From contig JARFOE010000203.1 in assembly GCA_031763465.1 (NCBI GenBank), forward strand, positions 6,205,208-6,256,010: DNA of 50,803 nucleotides, in the 5' to 3' direction. Position 1 is the stretch's first letter. The number at the start of each line of letters is the position of its first letter. Shown here piece by piece: positions 22,092 to 34,580 of this stretch. The notes beneath the pieces were generated by a model that saw only the letters and a list, made by a program, of their open reading frames with translations, searched no databases and had not been told where the DNA came from. The position numbers and the translations under genes are program-made. This DNA comes from Squatina squatina (taxonomy: Eukaryota).

Positions 22092-23716
22092 GTACGTGAG
22101 AGCTTAGAAATTGTTTTATAAAAAGAACAACCTAACTATATTTCTCCTCTCCTGAAGGCACTAACTTAGACCGGGTGTGGGTCCACGAGCACTGGCTCTC
22201 CTGTGGACCATGCCCAAGAGGCAGTTTTTCATAACTGAACCCAGAAAGTTGGCAAACTCGTGGACTATCTGTGACACTGCAGATGAGCCTGATGTGTCCT
22301 CACCCAATGTCCACATGTCCATATTCCAACAGTGGTCACTGGATAGAGATTAGGAGCAAGTACACTGGGTATTGTGGTTTTGTATGACTGAAGACAGGAT
22401 TTGAAGCGACAGTTGACATCTTCTCTAAATGTCAATTCATAACAGCACCTGGGATCCAGGTGGATGTCTATCTTATCTGGACATAGTACTGCAGGACAGG
22501 TATGAGAGGGGCAAGGGGGAGTTTGGCCTTTATCCTTCTGGATTGATAGCAAAGTCTGTGACCCTGAAATTCCTTTGTCCAGGGATGGGGCACAGCGGAG
22601 TTTTTCCTGATATTCTCAAATTTCACAGGAGCCAAAAGCTCGTTTCCATGGTCTCTCACAACATCTCTCCTGGAGGTCTGCAATGCCTTGCCCTCATGGT
22701 GGGTAAATCAGAGTAGATCCATCAGGTTAAAATTATGTACAGGGCAAAGGAAGTACTCAGAACTGAAGAATTTTGTTCTTTCGATTTTGCTCTTTCTTCC
22801 CTGTTCAGTATTGTAATGATCCCTCCCCACAGTCTACAGATTCATTCTACATCAAAAATGTACTGCTTTTTAGGCAATAAAAGTGGGATTGCTTACTTCC
22901 TTTTCATTTTCAATGTAACCTGTGCGAGAGAATGNNNNNNNNNNNNNNNNNNNNNNNNNNNNNNNNNNNNNNNNNNNNNNNNNNNNNNNNNNNNNNNNNN
23001 NNNNNNNNNNNNNNNNNNNNNNNNNNNNNNNNNNATCAAAAGGGAATTCTATAAACACTTGCAGGGAAAACATTACAGTCTATGGGGAAAGAGCAGGGTA
23101 GTGGGATTCATTGGCAAGCTCTCCTAAAGAGCCAGCACAGGCACGATGGCCCGAATGGCCTCATTCTGTACTTTACCATTCTCTGATTCTGTGTGTCCCA
23201 CTGTTTGAAGATTGGGAACACTGATTCCTCACAGCAAAACCCAATCTACACGTTGGTCTGCCGAATTACCCTCCGTCTCTTCACTGGCACAAACACCACA
23301 GCTGAGGTGCACCCCTTAACTTTCTCCTACCAGACCATGATTTCTGTCACCCTTTGTAACAGAGGCCCACCCTCCTCCTCCAGGTCTCCTCTACTGCTCC
23401 GACCCCCAGTACGGTCTTCTCTAAAGCCTCATCTATAAAAGCTTTACGTGTCCCCTTTGTCATGTACTTCCCACTGGTGTTCTCTCTCACCCCAGTTCCT
23501 CTCTCCTGCCCCTCTTTACCTTTAACTTCCCAACTGGAGTCTGTGGTTCCCTTGGTGCATTTCTGCCCCTCTTTAAATTCACTCTGTCCCTCAGCCCCGA
23601 TGATTCTCGATGTTGTTGAGATTTTTAAATTTAATTTTGCAGGAGTCTCTGGAGAAGTTGCCATGAGTTTGTTCCACTGCACCGATTAACCAAACAAATA
23701 TCACCAACAAGACATT

Positions 23717-25025
23717 GGCCTGAATTTCAACATTTTGTCGGGCTGCGAGCTGGTGGGGCTCAGTGGAGTTGGGACCCCCAGAAGAACAGGTTTCACACAG
23801 GCCCTGCCTAATTTAACATCAGTGCCTGATTTATACTGGAAACCTTTGTTTACCAACCACAGCCAGTCAGACTGAGAGGCTCGCAGGCAGCTAGGCCTGC
23901 GGCACGAGGCCAAAGAGAGGAGGAAGGGAGGGATCACATTGGGGCTGGGGTTGGGTGAGTGGAGAAGCATGGGGAGGGCAGGAGGAGCGCATTGTGGGCT
24001 GGGGGTTACATTCGGCATTGATCGGGGTGGGATTGGAGGAGCCAATGGGCTGTGGGGCCTAATCTGTGGGCCGGAGCAGTGGGTTTGCTGGGGTTGGGAA
24101 TGATCGGGGGCCAGAGTAGCTGATCGGGGGCTGGGTGGGGTGTAAGGGTTGGTCGTGAACGAATGGAGGCTGGTTGAGCAGATCAGGGGCTGGAAGAGAA
24201 GCAGCAGTCTGGAGGAGCAGATCAGGGGCAATGGTCATGGGGGAGGTGGTGAGTGCAGGGGTGAAGAAGAACCAGGGGTCTGGAGCAGCAGGTCGGGGTC
24301 CAGAGGAGCAGGTCGGACACAGAAGGGAGCAGTGGTGGGGTGGGTCAGGAACGAATGGTAGCTGAAGGAGCAGATGGGGAGCCACAGGAGAGGCAGGGGT
24401 CCGGAGCACCAGATCGGGGTCCAGAGGAGCAGATCGGAAGCTGAATGGAACGGGGTTTGTGAGAAGGGGTAAGTGGGAGCCTCATCAGAGGGCCAGGCAT
24501 CGCAGCAGGTCCAGGAGGAGCGAGGGTAGGAAGAGGAGCAGGGTGGGAGGGGTGAGGTAGGGAGGCAGACGGCGTCAGCGGGTCGGAGGAGCATGGGGAG
24601 GTAGAGGCATTGTGAAGGGGATCAAAGGCCTGGGTGTGGGGGGAGGATCCTAGGCTTCGGGCTTTGTCCGTTCACGGGGAGTGGGGGAGGCAGGGTCTCT
24701 GGATCCAGGAGGTAAATGTGAAGGCGCTTACTTCCTGGATCCAGCAGTCCTCACCTTCCATTAACTGGCGGGTTTCACGAGGCCTGAAAACCCCAACCAG
24801 CGACAGTGAAATTTAAAATGGAGGTTAAATCTGAGGGAGGCCAGTCTCATTATAATATTTAAATGTTCAACCCGCCTCCTGGGAGCGGATTGGCTGCCCG
24901 GCCCTGTCCCGCCTCCATTAAGTGGGCGGGTTAGAGGTGGGTCCGGATCCGGATTCAGATTTTTAACACTTTAACTTCCCACCCGACCCCCACCCACCCG
25001 TATTTATGGGGTTAAAATTCCCCCC
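23717..25025. mobile_element. Putative non-autonomous PIF/Harbinger-type DNA transposon (imperfect 15-bp TIRs, 3-bp TSD)
   Basis: Left end GGCCTGAATTTCAAC; right end GTTAAAATTCCCCCC (reverse complement GGGGGGAATTTTAAC); ATT on both flanks. GC-rich interior with repeated ggagcagatc-gggg. Confidence 0.5.
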
Positions 25026-25161
25026 ATTGTCAGTGTGTTGTACCCGCCCTGACCTCAGGTGACACTGGGACCATCCGCACCACCTGGGACTGAGACCGAC
25101 GTCCAGCAGTTTGCAGCTGGCAGGACGCAGGTAGGCGGTGTGAAATTATGGGATGGTCCTG

Positions 25162-28100
25162 TCAGTGACCTTTGATCCCACAGATTCTCAGCGGGGCGGA
25201 GTTTTTCCCGCCCTCACTCAGTCCCGGACTGAAGATGGGAAAGAGTGTCTCAGTGAAAGTGTGGGTGAAGGTGTGGAGATGGGACATGTTGTCCGCATTG
25301 TAAAAGGACACCTGTCCGCCCTCATAGTCCAGGAACACCCCGATCTTCCGGGGATCCCCACTCGGGGTGAGGGGGGTCTGTGAGGGGGAGGTGAGGGCAA
25401 CATAGCCATTAACGGGACCCAGCCCCACCATCCAGTATCCGGTCTCAGGTGTCGGGTCAATTTCTCCTTTCCTGTCGGCTGACTCTCGGGTCACTCCCAT
25501 CTCCCACCGTGTCTTGTTCCCCACCTCCACCTCCCAGTAGTGTCTCCCTGATGTGAATCCCTCCGATCCCAGGACATAGAGATAGAGATCAAACCTCTCC
25601 GGGGTGTCAGGGAGCTCCTGCCATTTGTCTCCGAGTCTCACACGGGTCCGGTCCTCAGACACGATGAGCCGGGGATGGGCTGTGTTCGGATCCAGAGTCA
25701 GAGAGGCTGGAGCTGGGGGAAAGTTACAATCACACAGTGAGCGGTTGAGTTTGTTGCTGTGATTTATTCAAACACTTGCCCTTTGTAAAGTGGCCATTCG
25801 GGGGATTCCCGGGAACTGCGGTGTTTTTAAAGGGCTCCAGGTTCTGTTATTGGAATCTGCTCTGACCCGGGGGTTTACACTCCTGGGGTCACTCTGACCT
25901 CTGCTGGCCACTGCGATCCGACCAGGAACTCTGCGGCCCCCGGTCCCCTGCTGTTCTCAGCGGCTGCAGAGTGACCCAGGGACCTTCAGAAACACACAAG
26001 GAATCGGCGCCAGAGGCTACGGCGGGGCTTCCGAACGGAAGAGGGGGAAAGGGACAGACAGCAGAAGGAAAGAGAGAAGGGAAGGGAAAAAGGGGAAAAG
26101 AAGAAAACGAAGGGGAACTGCTGCAGAGGGGAAGAGAGAACCCAGAGGAGGAGGGAAAGTAACTTTATAAAAATACCCCACATCATTATATCCATAAACC
26201 GCAATAGACTCCAACACACAATCAGGCAAAACTAAACTGATCGACATAAAAGGACAGGTGGAAGCGGCATTTCTACAGGAGACCCTCCTCATCGCCCTCA
26301 GAACACACCAGGTTTAGGAGTGAGTGGGTGGGACAAATGCTGGCCGCCTTCTCCTCAGCCAAGAGCACAGGACAGTCACACTGATCACCAGCAACCTTCC
26401 CATTACTCTGGAGATACACATTCCTGGAGAAGGAGGCCGCTCCATCCGAATGGAATTTGATTGTCAGGAGAACCCAAAGTGATGCTTCAGTTCAGTGTCC
26501 GGAATGTGGAGTCCCCGCATCAGCATTCCTCACACTCGCCCCACCCATGGACAGCACAGGAACCAGGAGTGGAGACCCGAACTGTGCTCTTCACTCCCAA
26601 CAGGACAAGCTCCCAGTGGACACAGGACACGAGGACCAGCAGCCGGACCAATCCGAGATCAGTGTAGTGTCCTGGGCCGAGAGGATGTATGGACGGCCCA
26701 CACCCCAAAGAGAAGGAACTCACCTTCGACTTGAACCGACACAAGACACACTCCAGGATCGGCTACTCCTATCTGAAGCATCCCGTCTATCCCGCCTAAC
26801 CTGTTGTGATAGGAGGTAAACAGGACTTGTACCAATTATCCTCCATTCAGTCCTCGGAGCCTCAATCCTTCCCTCCGACATGACTGAGAGTTCCTGCCGA
26901 CCTCAAGGCGAAGCTTATCTCCTCACATATACCCTAAGGTCGAAAATGCATGAGTGAACTATGGCACATGGTCACTCTGTGTCCTAATCTCAGAAGGTGA
27001 GCTCGAACCAGGAGAAAACAAACCAACTGACGCCCACCCGACCAAGATTAACAAGACCACAATCCCGGAACTTTCTCCCCTCTGACTGAACCTCCCACAC
27101 CCTGTACTGGAGACACAGAACCAGATACTCTGAAATTTTCAACAATCGTGTGAATACATAAGAACAGTGAGGTTATCCCCACATGGTCACCATACACATT
27201 CCTTAATGCTGACTATAAAATATTGGCCAAAGTCCTGACCTCCAGACTGGACACGGACATCAGTGATCATTTAATCTGGGGTCTGGGAGCCGGTTTACGA
27301 TCCTCTCATCTGGATTTATAAATCAGGAAAAGGAATAGAAGAGTTTTACCGGGGTTAATGGCGTCGATCATTTCTCTCCACGCTGTGTACTGGAAAGGGC
27401 CGTTGAACTTTCCGATCGACAGCTTGTCATCTGCGACTGATAGTTTGTAATAATCCTCACCAGTCCTGTAAATATTCAACAGTTGATGTTATACATTGAC
27501 CATAAACCCTTTGCTGAGTTATTTTACTAAATTGTGCAGAGTTTCAGTAAACAGCTTGTCCTACCTCCTCTTCTGACACGCTTCCTCCTGAAATCAATAA
27601 AACACCAATCTGAGCTGACGGAGACTGACCGTCTATATCCGGACAGCAGGAATCACACCCACATTGTACAAGATGCTGATAATTCCCAATTCTCACTGCC
27701 GGGATCACACAGATTGAAAGAGGATATGTTTGAAAACCAGGCAGCAGAAATTCCACCAAAAATTATGAAAAGCATCTGATAGAAAGAGGATGCAGTTGTA
27801 AACTGTGATTTGTGTTGTCAGGTTCTGGAACTGAACACCAGTCTCACTCAGAGACACAGTGACTCTCACACCCACCGTACCAGGCACACCCACACACTCA
27901 CACAATGTAACTGGAACTGGATTGTAATGGGAGTTCCAGGAGAATATTAACCTCTTGGGGAGACAGCAATAATTACAGATTAAGTATCAGGGCAACCCGT
28001 TCCCGGATCCTGCAGACAGTGTGGGAGGCGGTTAGTTCAGTCACAATAGCAGATCCGCCCCGGAATACACAAAACAATCGGTTTTAATCAGTTTCGAATT

Positions 28101-29094
28101 TTTCAACAAGTGCTGCATTTATTTCAACATTGTCATCGCTTATTGAGCAACTCACCCGCAATATAATCCTCACCTTCAGAAATGTCAGCTCGTCTTGTTC
28201 ATCCATCTCTTTCTGCAACTTTGAAAGCTTCTCCTGAATAGAATTTAAATTCTCTTGAATTTCTCGAAGGTTTTTCTCCATTACATCCACAATCCTCTCC
28301 TCTTCCCCCCTGAGATCTCTGATCAAACGCTGCTCTTTCTCAGTCAGAACCTGGTGCATTTTAGCGAACTCGGATGTGATGTGGGTTTGCAGACTGCTCG
28401 ACTGTTCCTACCAAATGAAAGGTGAAAAATAATCATGTACCGCGATAGAGGCAACAAAACTAACCGAGATCCCAGAAATTCAGCACAGGGAGACCTCACC
28501 CTAACTTCGGAAATCTGCCGTTTCTGTTTCCGTTCCGTTTCCAGAACCGCCGATTTCTTCTCTGTGAGAGATTCTAAAGAGGATTTCAGCTGATCCTGGG
28601 ATTGGGGGGAAATCACAGAATGAAAGGGCCGGACTGTGAAAATGTGATCAAATAATCAGCTGATAAAATCTGCTCCATTTTACCTTGTAGATTTCAACAG
28701 CTTCTTTAATCGACATGAAGTTGTGAGATTTGTGTTCCCGCGAAACTATACAAGTGTAACAGATCAGTTTCTCGTCAGTTTCACAAAACAGCTTCAGTTC
28801 TTCCTGATGTTCCTCACAGTGACGTTTATTTTCCTTCTCTTTCGGATTCAGGTTTAATTTTCGAGCTTTCTCCGCCAGACTGGCTAAGGCCCGACTGGTC
28901 CTGAGGTTTCTTTCCGGAAACTCCTCTCCACATTCCGGGCAGGAGTTTGTCTCCTTCTTTCCCCAACACCGTGTGATACAGGAGCGGCAGAAGTTGTGGC
29001 CACAATCCAGTGAAACCGGATCGGTGAAGAATTCAAGACAAATGGGACAAGTTACCTCCTCGGTCCAACTCTCGGCCTGCTGCCTGGAAGCCAT
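25162..29094 (-). CDS. Complete C-IV TRIM E3 ligase (RING, B-box2, coiled coil, PRY/SPRY B30.2), 476 aa; exons 29094-28684, 28595-28500, 28407-28174, 27587-27565, 27465-27350, 25712-25162
   Basis: Exons of 411+96+234+23+116+551 = 1431 nt, all GT-AG with compatible phases. Motifs [40 protein letters not shown] and [11 protein letters not shown]. Lies on a gap-free contig. Confidence 0.95.
26160..27270 (+). mobile_element. Decayed, internally deleted L1/Tx1-clade LINE in TRIM intron 5 (antisense)
   Basis: Endonuclease remnant AAFLQETLL (about 26262) and RT remnant [16 protein letters not shown] (about 27202). Confidence 0.7.
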
Positions 29095-29104
29095 GTTCAC
29101 ACTC

Positions 29105-29179
29105 AGCACTTCCTGATTCAAACCGCTTTCAGTTTCGATGTTGCTGAGCTCCCGAACACCTTCGGCTCAGGGATTTCCC
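29105..29179 (-). promoter_or_regulatory. ISRE (GAAACTGAAAG, 29136-29126), NF-kB site (GGGATTTCCC, 29170-29179) and ETS core (CAGGAAGT) just upstream of the TRIM ATG
   Basis: Consensus matches within about 85 bp of the start codon; function is inferred. Confidence 0.5.
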
Positions 29180-30721
29180 GAGCAAGTTCGGGGCGAGACT
29201 CCGGGAATTAATTTCCTCCTTTAAACTCCAGCTGGATCCCGCCAATAGGTGTCGCTGCTGGACAATATTTCTCAACCAAGGATTTTTGTAGTTTCCTGAA
29301 AAAGATTCTGTTGCGGGAAAACCGCGCATTTGCTTTCCGTGCAGTGAAGGACCGCATTAAACAAACCGATTTACTCCGTGCATCAGTTTCATGTTGTCTG
29401 GAGCCAGGAAACACGCTCTGAAGGTGGAGAAATAATTGCTCTAATCTCAAATGTTTTACAGGTGATGTGAATATGTCAGAAACTGTGATAATTATCCTGG
29501 GTTTGTTAAAATATTTAACTGCACCACCCTTCATACATTGATGTGCTTTTGATTCCAGTTTGTTGATTTAATGTCAGGTTTTGGAGGGGATGTGCCGTTC
29601 TGTTGCTCCACATGTTGGCCTGGATTTGAAGTTTGGAGCCACCTCTGGTCATATTTCAGGCCCAGACAATCTGAAAGTGAGAGGTGGGCGGACTGGGCGG
29701 AGTCTTGCTGAATTCCCGGGGAGGAGGGCGCATCGGGTGGGCGGGGGGAAGAAGGCAGCCTCCGAACTGCTGGGAACACATTCTTGTGCTCAATTCTCAC
29801 TGCAGCTGGCGGTGCCCGGGTCCGGCCGCGCTACAGGAGCGCTTGTACAGATCTCTCACTGTCGAACCCCGAAAGCCCCTCTCTTTATCCGTGCAGATGT
29901 TGACCTGAGCAGCCACCGTTATCCCTGCAGCTGGTGACTGCCCCCATTAAACCCCGAGTGACTGGATCCCCCTCTCTCCAATTGTACAGATCCTGGTGTG
30001 TGTTCCTCACAACCGGATCCGCCACAATTATCTGCCAAGTGCATTGCCGAACAATCCACTCTGTGTCAACCGAGCGAGACCGAGTGTGAGCGAATGTTTG
30101 GGGCGATTTTCTCCTTCGTTCTTTGCCGCAGGGCGATGGGTCTGTTCAACTCAGGGGAGTCTGTGAATCTGCTTTTGAAATGTGTCACGGAGCCCGTTTA
30201 CAGATTTACCACAAATCAAAAACAAATTCTGAATTTAAACCGGTCTGTCCGAGAAACAAGACAGAAGCTTCAGCTGGTATCAATTTTAAATAATTCGTTC
30301 CTGTATTAATTTCAGAACAATATCCATCTTTGTATTTATTTATGGCTGTAAATGTTAGCATTGCTTTGATTTCCGATTGTGGTCTGACCCGGAATCCCAT
30401 TCATACAAAGGAAACACGGAGAGTGGTCCCCTCGGCTGTCCTGTGCTGCACTTCAGGTTATCTGTGTTACTGCGAAACATCGAGCCGGTTTATATAAAGA
30501 TCGACACACATTTCAGTAACAATGAAACTAAAAGAACATATTAAAGAGCGAAGGGAGAGCTTTAGGGAAATGTGGACAATATGCAGCCGCTCAGGTACAG
30601 AGTGACCAGTCCTGGTCCTGGCACTGACCCTTCGGGTAGGACAGGCGGGGGACAGAAGCAAACAGTTCATCCAATCAGCACAGCAGGAGACTATTCGGCC
30701 CAATCCCGAAGTGAGTGAGCA

Positions 30722-31438
30722 AGAACATGGCAGATGGAATATAATGTGGAAAAATGCAAATTTATCCACCTTGGTCGGAAAAACAGAAATGCAGAGTATT
30801 TCTTAAATGGTGAGAGATTGGGAAATGTTGATGTCCAAAGGGTCCTGGGTGTCCTTGTTCACGGGTCACTGAAAGCTATCTTGCAGGTGCAGCAAGCAAT
30901 TAGGAAGGCAAATGGTATGTTGGTCTGTATTACAAGAGGATTTGAGTACAGGAGTAAAGATATCTTACTGCAATTATATCGAGCCTTGGTGAGACCTGTA
31001 GTATTGTGTACCGTTTTGGTCTAATTACCAAAGAAAGGATATACTTGCCACAGAGGGAGTGCAACAAAGGTTAACCAGACTGATTACTGGGATGGCGGGA
31101 CAGTCCTATGAGGAGAAATTGAGTAGGTTAGGCCTGTATCTCGAGTTTAGAAGAGTGAGAGGTGATCTCATTGAAACATACAAAATACTTACAGGGTAGA
31201 CTCAGGAAGGATGTTTCCCCTGGCTGGGAGGTGGGGAGGTGGAGGGTTCTGTCTAGAACTAGGGGATACAGTCTCAGTATAAGGGGTCGGCCATTTAGGA
31301 CTGAGCTGAGGAGCAATTTCTTCACTCAGAGGGTGGTGAATCTTTTGGAATTCCCTCCCCCAGAGGGCTATGGAGGCTCAGTCATTGAGTATATTCAAGA
31401 CAGAGATTGATAGATTTCCAGATATTAAAGACATCAAG
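30722..31438 (+). mobile_element. 5'-truncated CR1 LINE ORF2 fragment
   Basis: WQMEYNVEKCKFIHLGRKN...KANGMLVCITRGFEYRSKDILLQLYRALVRP and RPFRTELRSNFFTQRVVNL. Confidence 0.9.
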
Positions 31439-33899
31439 GGGCCAAAACTGGCTGCCTTTTAGCGCCCCTATCTCACCGGGCGTCGGCGTTGTTGGGGCAT
31501 AAAGAGGTTTTTTCCCGTTGGCGGCGGGTCTGCCACCTCACGGGAAATTCACGGACCATTTTGCGCCGTCCCCTGAACGACCAGGCAGAAAATTCGGTGC
31601 TGAAATCGCAGGGGCCGCCTGGGGTAAATAGCGACAGGAAAAGCTGTCACTGCAGAGGCGGCCCCTGACGCAACGCNNNNNNNNNNNNNNNNNNNNNNNN
31701 NNNNNNNNNNNNNNNNNNNNNNNNNNNNNNNNNNNNNNNNNNNNNNNNNNNNNNNNNNNNNNNNNNNNNNNNNNNNGAAGGCAACTGGGAGGTGCATGCC
31801 AGGCTGGGGTTCAGGTCTGATCCTCCCTCCACTCAATCCTGAAGTGCCAACTATAATTGTGCCACAACGAATGGAGACCAGGCTGCTCCCCACACCACAG
31901 CGATTCCTTACAGCAACATGGCTCACTTTTCTCTGTCGTTTCTTCCTCTCCCTTACAGAGGACCTCATGCTCACTTACTTGGCCCATCACAAATTTACCT
32001 GCCAAGTGTTAACAATACAATCCATGCGGTTTCTTGCATAAAGCCANNNNNNNNNNAAATGAAAATATAATCAATGGAGGGAAAAAATTGAACCACTGAC
32101 TCCTCATATTTTACAATAATTTCCACATCAGACAGATTGATGAATACACAGAAGTGATTGAGGTCAACAGTGTCAACAAGTTGTAAAACAGTCCTAACAG
32201 ACTCAAACAATATTTTCTAAAATAGACATGGATATTCCACCCATTAGCCCTACAACACAATTTGAAGAGATGGGTGGGATTGGAAATAAAGTTCCTGCAG
32301 TACCGCTTTGAGAGAGTAGATGACAGTGACGCGCCGCGAGTTTATTGCGGTGCAACGGCGCGACCTGCTGGGAAAAAGCGGTACTGCAAGAAAAAGCAGC
32401 TCACTTCAATCCCAGTCCCTCGAGTGGAGAGAATTGATTTTTCCCCCATCGCCAATATTGTGTCTCCTCATATTCATGAGGCATANNNNNNNNNNNNNNN
32501 NNNNNNNNNNNNNNNNNNNNNNNNNNNNNNNNNNNNNNNNNNNNNNNNNNNNNNNNNNNNNNNNNNNNNNNNNNNNNNNNNNNNNAAATGCATTTTTAAA
32601 GTCACTTATCTACCAGGAGAATTCTTACGTTTTATTGCCTCTTTGCAACTGTATTAAAATCAGACATTTTGGGTCTAGAGTTGGCAATGAATCATGACGC
32701 TGCCATGAGTGAGATGTCACTAAATTTAAAATTTATTTCCAGCCAGGTACAACTTTAACCATTAGAAATATTCCCCTTATATTGATATTCCTGTCCTCTT
32801 TAAGTTTATTTAGTTTGTGACTTCTTTTTCTGATAACCATGTCCCTTAATCCTCTGACCTGATGTTTCACACATAGAATCTGCCCACAACCATCCCACCC
32901 TGACAATCCACTGCTATTCATCAAATCAAAGCCAATTATATCCAAATGGTACCTGCAGCAGGTGTTCAAAATTTACTTTTTGCAAATTATTTTTCTTTAA
33001 AAAACTATTTGAACAACATCAGAAGTTTAGGAAACATGCAGACTTGCATTTAATTAGAGTGCTGTTCCATAATATTAAATTGTAGTTGGCATTGCCCAAG
33101 GTAAGTTGATAAAAAAATTATTTTTTATATAAAAGACAAAAATCTCAAATATTTGATTCGTAAAAACCCAGTTCATTCATTCAAAACTATTCCTTTGAAA
33201 TATGATTTTAAAAGCTTATATATAGAAAACACTCTTCTTCCCTTCAAAAACATTTAAATTTCCCTTTAAATCATTAAACATCCAGGTTATGAAGGAAGAA
33301 GCGAATAGTGAACAGAGACAAACCAGACCGAACTGATCAGATATAGAACTTTGTCAGGGAGGGGAAATCAAATCATTGAGGAGTCAAGTTCAACGAATGA
33401 AGCCCACAGCAGCAGCCCAGCTATCGACTCTGGGATGGCGGTATTAACTTGTCCAGGGGGTGTCTGAGCAGGCGACAGCAGAGTGTAGATTTACACTAAA
33501 CTATTGGGCGGGCGCCAAATTAATCCGCGGGGACCAGACTGACTTCCATCCTTCACATGACTATACTTATAGAATTTACACAAGTTAATTTCAGCTCAGA
33601 ATCGCCCAACTGCCTTTTCCCCACCCCTATTCACTCTGTCTAATTAGTGTTTGTCTAAGAGTCAAGGGGGCAGAACACCTGAGGTAGTCGTTGAGTGTTA
33701 TTCTGACATTTCAAAATTAATCTGAATACCTGAAAACGTTCTGTGCATTGGATTCAGATTAGTTAGCAGTAGCATTAAAAAGCAGCATCGGAGCAGCTTN
33801 NNNNNNNNNNNNNNNNNNNNNNNNNNNNNNNNNNNNNNNNNNNNNNNNNNNNNNNNNNNNNNNNNNNNNNNNNNNNNNNNNNNNNNNNNNNNNNNNNNN

Positions 33900-34095
33900 T
33901 GTAAAATGAGCGGTGTTGCATTGGCGGCATAAAACGCGCAGCGGCAGTGTAAAATGAGCGGTGTTGCATTGGCGGCGTAAAACGCAGCGGCGGTGTAAAA
34001 TGAGCGGTGTTGCGTAGGTGGCGGCGTAAAATGCGCGGCGGCATAAAACCAGTGGCATTGCATTGGCGATGGTGTAAAACGAACGGCATTGTAAA
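33900..34095. repeat. GC-rich ~45-48-bp tandem repeat (gtaaaatgagcggtgttgcattggcggc), probably a MITE interior
   Basis: Unit at 33901, 33949 and 33995, followed by degenerate copies. Confidence 0.8.
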
Positions 34096-34304
34096 TCGAG
34101 CAGCATCGCGCGGGCCATCCAGTATAGGCTCCGCCGAATATTTAGCTTGATTGTGATCAATAGAAACACAAATAAGCCGCGTGTAACACTGATTCACTCT
34201 TGCCCATATTGCAGTTCTGCCCAGCACGGATTGCACTGCTGCCCACCCCCCCGGACCCCAGTCCAGGTGCCGATTGTCTTTTTATGTTCCAATTGCTATT
34301 GCAG

Positions 34305-34580
34305 ATGGTCAGAGTATGGCGGCCAACTCTCCTCATCAAGCTGCCAGGCATCCACTGCCCTCCAGGAAGGCCATTCTCTACCCACGCTCCATTGCCTCAG
34401 CTGCCGGTCCCTCCACTGAAACATACATTGGAACGCTACCTCCTGGCACTACAGCCCCTCGTGACCCTAGAGGAGTTGGAACAGACGAAGCAAATGGTGA
34501 GAGAGTTCAGCAGACCACGTAGTATCGGACTAAAACTACAGGACAGGCTGGAAAGGCGATCTCGAAGGACTGAAAACTGG
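34305..34580 (+). CDS. CRAT: Carnitine O-acetyltransferase-like, N-terminal coding exon (276 nt)
   Basis: gcag|MVRVWRPT...LPQLPVPPLKHTLERYLLALQPLV...LQDRLERRSRRTENW|gtaagt; contains the LPxLPVPxL acyltransferase signature. Confidence 0.85.

Noticed and set aside
23701-24594. Pro/Gly-rich ORFs of 116-176 aa
   Set aside because: Low-complexity G-skewed repeat interior; no domain or splice structure.
29104-29121. Upstream TTG start giving MNQEVLSVN extension (and 6068 in the pseudogene)
   Set aside because: Non-ATG start from the ORF caller; the paralog at 7212 shows MASR is the true start.
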